Source: Eubacteriales bacterium (GTDB lineage: Bacteria; Bacillota; Clostridia; Oscillospirales; CAG-272). From it: a stretch of DNA of 64,000 nt. Each line of letters starts with the position of its first letter. Positions within the stretch are counted from its first letter, which is position 1. The notes below the pieces were generated by a model that did not search any database, was not told where the DNA came from, and saw nothing but the letters and a program-made list of their open reading frames with translations. Shown one piece after another: positions 27,556 to 34,953 of the stretch. The stretch covers positions 3,686 through 67,685 of the forward strand of contig JAZQBL010000001.1 in assembly GCA_045545665.1 (NCBI GenBank). The letters run 5' to 3'. A program made the translations under genes and the position numbers.

Positions 27556-29829
27556 ATGATGCAGCTTTGTTCTAAATGTAAAAAACGTATAGCCGTAGTC
27601 TTTATGCAGAGAATAGAAAACGGCAACACGATAAGTGAGGGCCTTTGTCTTAAATGCGCTAAAGAGCTCGGCATAAAACCTGTTGACGATATACTCAACA
27701 AGATGGGCGTAAGCTCGGACGATCTCGACCGTATGGACGAAGAAATGACCAATATGATGGAAAACGTCTCCGACTTCCCGACAATGGCAGGCGATGAAAA
27801 TAATGCAAATGCACCTGCTGTTGATTTAGGTAAGCTTTTCGGCGGTATGCCCGGAGGCGATAAGAAACAGCGCGCAAAGGAAGAAAAGAAGAAAGATAAA
27901 GCACGCAATTATTTGAATAACTACTGCCTTAATCTTACAGAAAGAGCAGCGCAGGGCAAGCTTGATAAGGTAATAGGCAGAGACAGAGAACTTGAACGAG
28001 TCATTCAGATATTAAACAGACGTCAGAAAAATAACCCCTGCCTTATAGGTGAACCCGGCGTCGGAAAAACAGCCATCGCAGAAGCACTTGCACAGAGAAT
28101 AGCTGACAAGCAAGTACCGTATAAGCTTCAGAACAAAGAGGTGTATCTTCTCGATCTTACAGCGCTTGTGGCGGGAACTCAGTTCAGAGGACAGTTTGAA
28201 GGCAGAGTCAAGGGACTTATTGACGAGGTTAAAACTCTGGGTAACATAATACTCGTTATCGACGAGGTGCATAATCTTGTCGGGGCTGGAGATGCGGAAG
28301 GCAGTATGAATGCCGCAAATATTATGAAGCCTGCGCTTTCACGTTCGGAAATACAGGTAATAGGCGCTACAACTCTTGCCGAATACAGAAAATATATCGA
28401 AAAAGATTCGGCACTTGAAAGACGTTTTCAGCCCGTTGTCATAGCCGAACCCTCGATATCCGATACGGTTAAGATCCTTGAGGGTATAAAAAATTATTAC
28501 GAGGATCACCACGGAATTAAAATATCAAATGAAATAGTCTACCGCTCCGTCATTCTTTCGGAAAGATATATAACGGATAGATTCTTGCCCGATAAGGCGA
28601 TAGACTTGCTTGACGAGGCGGCATCGCATCTCGCCATAAACACCCCCGCTTTGAGTGAGCTCGCAAAGAAAAAAGATCTTTTGGATAAGACGTGTGCTGA
28701 AAGAGAAAAGCTCGAAGCAGAAGAACCTAAGACCGACGAGGATACTCAGCAAAGGTATGAAAGACTTGCAAAGCTTAAAAGCGATGAAATACGCTTGAAC
28801 AGCGATATAGAAGCTCTTGAAAAGGAGAAAGAGGGAATAGTACTCACTCTTGAAGACCTTGCACGCGTTATTGAAATATGGACGGGTATCCCCTCCGGCA
28901 ATATTACAGAGCATGAGTTTTCAAAGATCGGTAACCTTAAAGCTCGTCTTGCCGACAGAATAATCGGTCAAGACGAAGCTATCGACTCCGTTGTAAAGGC
29001 TATAAAACGTAACCGTGCAGGCGTTTCGTATAAGAAAAAGCCCGTGTCGTTTATCTTTGCAGGACCTACGGGAGTCGGTAAAACGGAGCTTGTCAAAACT
29101 CTTGCGTCCGAAATGTTCGATACACCCGATGCTTTAATACGCGTCGATATGTCGGAATTTATGGAAAAGCATTCCGTATCCCGTCTTATAGGCTCGCCTC
29201 CCGGATATGTCGGCTACGACGATGCCGGTCAGCTTACGGAGAAAATAAGACGCAGGCCGTACTCTGTTGTACTGTTCGACGAGATAGAGAAAGCTCATCC
29301 CGACGTTATGAATATAATGCTTCAGATCCTCGATGACGGAAGAATAACAGACGCAAGAGGAAAAGAAGTCAATTTCGAAAATACCATAATCGTTATGACG
29401 ACAAACGCAGGTTCAAATTATATGGCTTCTCCTGCGGGATTCGGCAAGGAAGCGGTAACGGCAGGTAAGGAAAAGACGGAAAAGGCACTGTCCGATTTTC
29501 TCCGCCCTGAATTTATCAACCGAGTCGATGAGATAATTACGTTTAATTCTCTCACACGTGAAGACTTCAAGCGTATTGCCGATATTATGCTCGGTGAGCT
29601 TGCAAAGGCTCTTTCCGACAGAGGTATAACGCTCAACTGCACGGAAGATGCAAGAAATAAGATAGCGAACGATTCGTTCTCCGTGAAGTACGGCGCAAGA
29701 AATATGCGCAGATATATCGAAAAAAATATCGAAGACAAAGCCGCAAATATCATTATAGATAATTTCAACAAGGACGTTTCTTCGCTCACAGTCGATGTGG
29801 AAGATGACGAAATAACGGTAAAAATATAA
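27556..29829 (+). CDS. Two-AAA+ Clp/Hsp100 ATPase with an N-terminal zinc ribbon (ClpE-like)
   Basis: CSKC...CLKC N-terminus. D1 has GEPGVGKTA and LVIDEVH. A short coiled-coil linker follows. D2 has GPTGVGKTE and VLFDEIEKAH, with the sensor-2 region GARNMRR and an AGF loop that may contact ClpP. Confidence 0.9.
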   Translation: MMQLCSKCKKRIAVVFMQRIENGNTISEGLCLKCAKELGIKPVDDILNKMGVSSDDLDRMDEEMTNMMENVSDFPTMAGDENNANAPAVDLGKLFGGMPGGDKKQRAKEEKKKDKARNYLNNYCLNLTERAAQGKLDKVIGRDRELERVIQILNRRQKNNPCLIGEPGVGKTAIAEALAQRIADKQVPYKLQNKEVYLLDLTALVAGTQFRGQFEGRVKGLIDEVKTLGNIILVIDEVHNLVGAGDAEGSMNAANIMKPALSRSEIQVIGATTLAEYRKYIEKDSALERRFQPVVIAEPSISDTVKILEGIKNYYEDHHGIKISNEIVYRSVILSERYITDRFLPDKAIDLLDEAASHLAINTPALSELAKKKDLLDKTCAEREKLEAEEPKTDEDTQQRYERLAKLKSDEIRLNSDIEALEKEKEGIVLTLEDLARVIEIWTGIPSGNITEHEFSKIGNLKARLADRIIGQDEAIDSVVKAIKRNRAGVSYKKKPVSFIFAGPTGVGKTELVKTLASEMFDTPDALIRVDMSEFMEKHSVSRLIGSPPGYVGYDDAGQLTEKIRRRPYSVVLFDEIEKAHPDVMNIMLQILDDGRITDARGKEVNFENTIIVMTTNAGSNYMASPAGFGKEAVTAGKEKTEKALSDFLRPEFINRVDEIITFNSLTREDFKRIADIMLGELAKALSDRGITLNCTEDARNKIANDSFSVKYGARNMRRYIEKNIEDKAANIIIDNFNKDVSSLTVDVEDDEITVKI

Positions 29830-29844
29830 AAGGGAGGTGACGGT

Positions 29845-32535
29845 GTGAAGAACGAGCAGTGGTATAAATTTAATTTTAATCAGCTGAAAAGTATGCTCGA
29901 TACGGATTTTGATACGGGGCTTTCGCATAAGGAAGCAAAAAAACGTCAAAAAAAGTACGGTAAAAACGTAATATTTCCTCACACCGTTCCCAAAACGAAC
30001 GCAGTAAGCCGTATTCATCCGGGAATAATAGCCGTGCTGCTGGTTTTAATAAGCGTTATATACTACTTTGTAAGCCGTGATATAAGTGCGTTTTTTATCT
30101 GCTTTTTGCTGATAGTAAATTATTTGTTCGTTATATCCGCTTATAAAAGATCCCGATATCTCATATCGCAAACCAAAAAGTATTCGGAACCGGAAATACG
30201 TGTACTGCGTGAAGGAAAAATATTCAGGATAAATCAAAAAGCTGTCGTGCCGGGAGATATCGTATTACTGCGAGAAGGCGATATCGTGCCGTGCGACGGA
30301 CGTATACTTTGTAAAGACGATAATTTCAAGGTCCTTGAAATGAATATAAGCGGCGGTGACGGCGAAAAGGATGTGGACTTTATTTCGTATGAACCGTCCC
30401 TTCCGACCAAAGAACAAAAAAATACGGTATTTGCCGCATCTGTTGTTTTCAAAGGTGAGGCAAAGATACTGTGCTGTGCAACGGATAAAAGCACGGTCGT
30501 AAGACGTAGAAACCTAACCTCCTCACAGCTTCGCGAAGGAGAGCTTGAACTGTTTAAGCTGTCTGAAAAATTATCGAATTATGTAAGCCTTGCGATGATA
30601 TTTGCTGTTTTTCTTCTCGGTGCAATATCGCTTTTTGTATATGGCTTGAGCGATAAAATGACAGATTCCTTTATTTTGTTGCTTTCGTATGCAGCATCGT
30701 CGATGTGTGAGTTTTTTGCTCTGTTTTCCTGTATAAACGTTGCGTACTGTATATTTTTTGCACCGACTAAAGAAAAGAATTTTAACGAAAACGTCATAAT
30801 AAAAAATATATCCGCAATTGATAAAATAAATAAAATGACGTGCGTAATAATTCCAAAGACATCGGGAATATGCAGTGATGAGATCAAAACGCAGTACATA
30901 TATACAAACGGACATCAGTATTCGATAAATAAAGAAAATTTTTCAAGAATAAGCAGGGTATGCAGTATAGCGCATTTCACGGTCGATAAGACAAAAAAAA
31001 CACACTCGGCAGATGAGCTTGCAATTCTCAATATTGCAGTAGAAAATCCATCAACTGAGCTTCTTGAATACGTCCCCGCAGGAGGTGTATCGCTGTTTGA
31101 TACGGCGCTTACGTATTCTGACGGTGAGCTTATGATAATCCTCAAGGGCGGTGCGGATACGGTAGTAAACAGATGTACGAGCTGCAGAAAAATGACGGGC
31201 GTTCATCCGCTTGATAAAGACAATATCCGCGATCTTCTTTCTACTGCACGTTCCTATGAAGAAAACGGCTATAAAATAATAGCCGTTGCAACAAAAAAAT
31301 CAGAATACGGAAATTTGAATAAAATCGTTTATTCTCAGACAGATCTCTGCTTTGAAGGCTTTATAATACTGAGAGAAACGGTCGTTGAAGGCTGTAAAGA
31401 AACGATAAAAGCTCTCACCGATGCGGGAATAAAAGTAATTATGTTCTGTGACGATATATCGGGAAGAAACGAGTATCTTGCGGAAAACCTCGGAATAAGC
31501 GACGATAAAAGCAAAAATATAACGTCGTATGAATTTGTAAATTCAAATTTGAACCTGCAAAATATAAAGCTGAAAAATTACAGACTTTATCAAGGATTTG
31601 ATGCAAAACAAAAGAGGTATATAATCGACAGATTAAAGAAAAACGGTGAGCGCATAGGAATTTTGGGCAGTACGCTTTCTGACGTTTCCTTGACAGTCGG
31701 CTCATCCGTCGTAAGCTTTTCTGTCGGAACTATGTTGAATGCGGATAAACAGCTGAAAGGTGCAACACTCAATTCGGTTTCATCCGATAAGTTCGGAATA
31801 GAGGCGTTGAAGCTTACCTCCGACGTGCTTGTGGAAAGTGCCGGCAACAGCAAAAACGGAGGTATAAATTCCGTATTTGATGCAGTTGAGATATCAAAAC
31901 GTGTCTATGACAATGCAGGCCGCATAGCAGGGTATTTGTTTACGTCGCTGCTCATACGCTTTATTTTATCGGTTTTGTCGGTATTCACGCCGCTGATATC
32001 ACTGACACCGTCGCAGATGCTGTTTTCGGGGCTCGCTGTTGATCTTTGCGGTATACTCGTTCTTTCGTGCGCCAAACCGTGCAGAGAAAGGATTTATAAA
32101 AAAACGAGCTTTGATATACTGAAAGAAGCACCGATACCTTTGATTCTGTTTTATACCGTTTTGACGCTTATTTCTGCTGTTTTAACGGTGCTTGTGTGCT
32201 ATGGTATAAAGCTACTCGGAATGGGCTTTTTTGCTGATTCGGGGGCATATTTTGCGTATATACTGATACAAATAGCGTTGGTGGTCATCTTTGATACAAG
32301 AGATAAAAAATTCAAGCTTAATAAAGGTCTTTTGATATTTTTGCTTGTCATAACGGAATTTTATCTTTTGTCCTCACTGTTTTCAGATATATCACGCTTT
32401 ACGGCGCTTGGCACTGTGAATGCGGTGTCAATTATGATCGCGTTCATTCCTGCCATTCTTTTATTAACAGTACGTTTTTTTCCTTCAATAAAAGAAAGTA
32501 TCAAAAAGATATTGAAGAAAATAAAAGACAAATAA
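29845..32535 (+). CDS. P-type ATPase homolog with degenerate catalytic motifs (predicted non-phosphorylatable)
   Basis: 896 aa. GTG start 7 nt after GGAGG. P2-ATPase architecture is present (N-terminal LSHKEAKKRQKKYGKN, an A-domain, KGGAD, about 10 TM). PKTSGIC replaces DKTGTLT, ISGGDGE replaces TGES, and GSTLSDVSLT replaces GDGxNDxPAL. Confidence 0.85.
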   Translation: MKNEQWYKFNFNQLKSMLDTDFDTGLSHKEAKKRQKKYGKNVIFPHTVPKTNAVSRIHPGIIAVLLVLISVIYYFVSRDISAFFICFLLIVNYLFVISAYKRSRYLISQTKKYSEPEIRVLREGKIFRINQKAVVPGDIVLLREGDIVPCDGRILCKDDNFKVLEMNISGGDGEKDVDFISYEPSLPTKEQKNTVFAASVVFKGEAKILCCATDKSTVVRRRNLTSSQLREGELELFKLSEKLSNYVSLAMIFAVFLLGAISLFVYGLSDKMTDSFILLLSYAASSMCEFFALFSCINVAYCIFFAPTKEKNFNENVIIKNISAIDKINKMTCVIIPKTSGICSDEIKTQYIYTNGHQYSINKENFSRISRVCSIAHFTVDKTKKTHSADELAILNIAVENPSTELLEYVPAGGVSLFDTALTYSDGELMIILKGGADTVVNRCTSCRKMTGVHPLDKDNIRDLLSTARSYEENGYKIIAVATKKSEYGNLNKIVYSQTDLCFEGFIILRETVVEGCKETIKALTDAGIKVIMFCDDISGRNEYLAENLGISDDKSKNITSYEFVNSNLNLQNIKLKNYRLYQGFDAKQKRYIIDRLKKNGERIGILGSTLSDVSLTVGSSVVSFSVGTMLNADKQLKGATLNSVSSDKFGIEALKLTSDVLVESAGNSKNGGINSVFDAVEISKRVYDNAGRIAGYLFTSLLIRFILSVLSVFTPLISLTPSQMLFSGLAVDLCGILVLSCAKPCRERIYKKTSFDILKEAPIPLILFYTVLTLISAVLTVLVCYGIKLLGMGFFADSGAYFAYILIQIALVVIFDTRDKKFKLNKGLLIFLLVITEFYLLSSLFSDISRFTALGTVNAVSIMIAFIPAILLLTVRFFPSIKESIKKILKKIKDK

Positions 32536-32541
32536 ATTCAA

Positions 32542-32577
32542 AAAGCGTATGATCCTTATTACAGAATCATACGCTTT
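32542..32577. terminator. Bidirectional terminator between convergent genes
   Basis: AAAGCGTATGAT-12 nt-ATCATACGCTTT, a 12-bp stem with A/T-run flanks. Confidence 0.65.
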
Positions 32578-32579
32578 GT

Positions 32580-32975
32580 TTATGTTCTATTTTTGTAAAA
32601 AGGGAGTATTAAAATCGAAACGATCGAAAGAAATAATCCTATCATAAAATACAGAGCAAAAGCATCGGTATTTCTTCCCGAGTTGTTTATGACACCTACA
32701 ACAATACATCCGCATATAAATGTACCGCAGCCGGCATTCCAGAGATTAAATGACACCCTGTTGATATTTTTTTTCGATATTAATAACGGCACTGAAGGCA
32801 CAACACCCATCAGAAGCGGAAATAAGAACATATATTTCATATGAATTGAGACCATTCCGTAACTAAAATGAGTATATACTGCATTAAATATAATACACAA
32901 GACGGAAATGATAGAATACGTTATAAGTGTTTTCTTGTATCTCTTTTTATTAATATCCGATATAGACAATGTCAC
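32580..32975 (-). CDS. Hypothetical membrane protein (131 aa, 4 TM)
   Basis: Hydrophobic ORF that overlaps the stop of the upstream gene by 26 nt. No known motif. Confidence 0.5.
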   Translation of the reverse strand: MTLSISDINKKRYKKTLITYSIISVLCIIFNAVYTHFSYGMVSIHMKYMFLFPLLMGVVPSVPLLISKKNINRVSFNLWNAGCGTFICGCIVVGVINNSGRNTDAFALYFMIGLFLSIVSILILPFYKNRT

Positions 32976-33996
32976 TTACCTCTCTTTCGGTTGTTTTGTT
33001 TCCGATATTCACAGGATTGTTAATTATCTTTCCGTTGAAATACATCGTTGAAGAGCCTCCGCCATCAAGATTATAAGCTGTTGTACAGCCGTATTCTTTC
33101 ATGAATGTTCCAAGCTCGTATAATGATAATCCCTTGCTTTCATCGGTTCTTCCGTCGGAGACTACGAAGACGTAATGCAGATCGTCAATTATACCGATAG
33201 CGGTTCTCGGATTGCTTGCCAAAGCTTGACCTACCTCATCATTTAATCCGACTGTGACCGTTGAATTCTCCACAAGAAAAGGACCGAATGCAAACAGCTG
33301 ATAAACACCGCTGTTTAACAGTTCATTTGCAGATATCTCTTTTTCGTTTACAGATTGAAAGCTTCCGTCGTACATCACGGCAAGATCTTCGAATTTATAA
33401 TCTCTTCTTACGGAACTTCTGTAAAGAACTCCGTTTTTTATAACGTATCCTTTCTTATCTGCTCCGTAATAATCGCCGTTTATAGCTAAAATTGCGTTGT
33501 TGTTTTTTGCCATTACAGACGTTTTTTCACGAATGTTTGTGCCGAATTTTTCTTTTGCTATTGCGGTTTTGAAATATTCGGCTGAATTCAATATAACGTC
33601 GGCAACATATACCTGTGTGTCGTGTAAGCGAAGCGTCGTCAGGGTGATCTTTATTTTTTCATCCTCGTATGATGTATCGGTTATTACCGGATACGTAACG
33701 GATGGGGAAGTATCTACAGCAGTAGTTGTTTCTTCTTTATCCGTGTCTTCGGATGTGATATCTTCATCTGAAGATGATGTTTGAGTATTTTGTTCAGATA
33801 CCGTTTCGGTATTTTCGCCACTTGGTTTTTCTAAAAAAGAAAACGTTTCATCAGCTGTTATAAAACCTTCTTGGCCTGCTTGTACCTCTCTCGGTATAAT
33901 AAAAGCGTCAAGGAGAATAAAGACAGACAGGAAGATCAAAAATATGGAATAAATAACCGCAAATAAATAAGGCTTTTTAAAAATGTTCATCGGCAA
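32950..33996 (-). CDS. Phosphodiester glycosidase (NAGPA/DUF2233) family protein, membrane anchored
   Basis: N-terminal anchor and an acidic S/T linker. AINGDYYG, FGPFLV, NPRTAIG, VVSDGR and AYNLDGGGSS match the family pattern. Confidence 0.8.
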   Translation of the reverse strand: MPMNIFKKPYLFAVIYSIFLIFLSVFILLDAFIIPREVQAGQEGFITADETFSFLEKPSGENTETVSEQNTQTSSSDEDITSEDTDKEETTTAVDTSPSVTYPVITDTSYEDEKIKITLTTLRLHDTQVYVADVILNSAEYFKTAIAKEKFGTNIREKTSVMAKNNNAILAINGDYYGADKKGYVIKNGVLYRSSVRRDYKFEDLAVMYDGSFQSVNEKEISANELLNSGVYQLFAFGPFLVENSTVTVGLNDEVGQALASNPRTAIGIIDDLHYVFVVSDGRTDESKGLSLYELGTFMKEYGCTTAYNLDGGGSSTMYFNGKIINNPVNIGNKTTEREVSDIVYIGY

Positions 33997-34123
33997 CCCC
34001 TTCCTGATTTTGATGTCATTATACTCTATAAAAGTGTTGTGAATGTGAAAACACGGTGAATATTAAAAAAGGATGCAGAATTTTTCTGTTGTTCTAAACG
34101 GAGAATTAGCCGACACAAAACTT

Positions 34124-34149
34124 CGGCAGAGAACTTGTTTTCTCTGCCG
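34124..34149. other. Perfect 10-bp inverted repeat overlapping the -35 of the predicted orphan-gene promoter
   Basis: CGGCAGAGAA-cttgtt-TTCTCTGCCG. On the minus strand it is followed by AAGTTTTG, so it could also terminate minus-strand readthrough. Confidence 0.5.
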
Positions 34150-34163
34150 ATTTGTGATATAAT
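34135..34163 (+). promoter_or_regulatory. Candidate extended -10 promoter
   Basis: TTGTTT (34135-34140), a 17-nt spacer, then TGaTATAAT (34155-34163). It would give a leader of about 230 nt before the ATG at 34401. Confidence 0.4.
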
Positions 34164-34178
34164 GAGTTTAACAGAAAG

Positions 34179-34323
34179 CCTCCCTCCGAGAGGGAGGTGG
34201 CACGGCGCAGCCGTGACGGAAGGAGCCTGCGTAACTTTGAAGTTTTGATATGTTTTATTGTCACGCATTCTCCCTCACCCGACTTCGTCGTGAGCTCCCT
34301 CCCAGAGGGAGCCTCAGGGCGTG
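34179..34323 (+). repeat. GC-rich structured element carrying two near-identical 8-bp-stem, 3-nt-loop hairpins
   Basis: CCTCCCTC-cga-GAGGGAGG (34179-34197) and GCTCCCTC-cca-GAGGGAGC (34294-34312). The 17-nt cores match 16 of 17. Additional stems are CACGG/CCGTG (34201-34215), CTCAC/GTGAG (34274-34293), and a closing CACGC/GCGTG pair (34262-34266 with 34319-34323). Confidence 0.6.
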
Positions 34324-34400
34324 TGTAGCCATAGGTGTATGGGCTTTGCCATATGCCTTTGTAATACAAAGGCGAAACTTGCGATAAAACGGAGGAAAAT

Positions 34401-34754
34401 ATGTACGGACTTGTGAAAGTTTATGATCATAAAATAATTGCAATCAATCAAAACGATTCAACTATTGTTGTCCGAGACGGAAAAGACGTTCATACCATAG
34501 AACTCAAAATTTGTGCTGATAACTTTAAGAAAGAACACGGCGATTCTAATGGAATGTGTGTCGGCGATAGAAATGCTGAAGGCAAATATTTTTGTTTGAA
34601 TACAAGTGGCATTAAAACCATGATTTATTTTAAGAGGCTTTATATTTGTAATCTGTCCGGTAAAAAGATTCTTTTTGGAAACAGAATACAACGATTTCAT
34701 CAATTGCAAAAAGCAATTACACAATTAGGATATAGAACATATGACTTGACATAA
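34401..34754 (+). CDS. Hypothetical protein (117 aa), orphan
   Basis: GGAGG lies 6 nt upstream of the ATG and a strong terminator follows directly. No recognisable motif. Confidence 0.5.
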   Translation: MYGLVKVYDHKIIAINQNDSTIVVRDGKDVHTIELKICADNFKKEHGDSNGMCVGDRNAEGKYFCLNTSGIKTMIYFKRLYICNLSGKKILFGNRIQRFHQLQKAITQLGYRTYDLT

Positions 34755-34759
34755 AAATT

Positions 34760-34788
34760 CCCCGACAGACTTTGAAAATCTGTCGGGG
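34760..34788. terminator. Rho-independent terminator (bidirectional)
   Basis: CCCCGACAGA-9 nt-TCTGTCGGGG, a 10-bp stem with AAAAATT upstream and TTGCTCTTTGTT downstream. Confidence 0.7.
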
Positions 34789-34819
34789 TTGCTCTTTGTT
34801 GACTGCAGATCATTTTTTT

Positions 34820-34870
34820 CGTAGGGGCGTTCTGTGAATGCCTGGGGGCGAACACAGTTCGCCCCCTACC
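34820..34870. repeat. GC-rich palindromic intergenic element
   Basis: GGGGCGAAC-aca-GTTCGCCCC (34845-34865, 9-bp stem, 3-nt loop). An outer GTAGGGGCG ... CGCCCCCTAC pairing is also possible. GC content stands out from the AT-rich surroundings. Confidence 0.55.
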
Positions 34871-34953
34871 GTGGTGTTGGGTAACTGTTTCGTAATTTCT
34901 CCGATAAGAACATCACGCTTTTTGCCTGCATCCTTTTTTTATATTATTGAATA

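Noticed and set aside
34170-34330. The GGAAGGAGC segment looked superficially like the SRP RNA domain IV GGAA tetraloop region
   Set aside because: The flanking bases do not pair as in SRP helix 8, and the other conserved SRP elements are absent on either strand. No other known RNA family could be assigned by eye.
34849-34861. CGAACACAGTTCG resembles the Gram-positive LexA (Cheo) box and lies in the same window as dinB, ruvCAB and addBA
   Set aside because: The Cheo consensus is CGAAC-N4-GTTCG, whereas this site has an N3 spacer. It is simply the core of a 9-bp GC-rich hairpin. It is not upstream of any SOS-type gene, and I saw no CGAAC...GTTCG site upstream of dinB (44767-44906).
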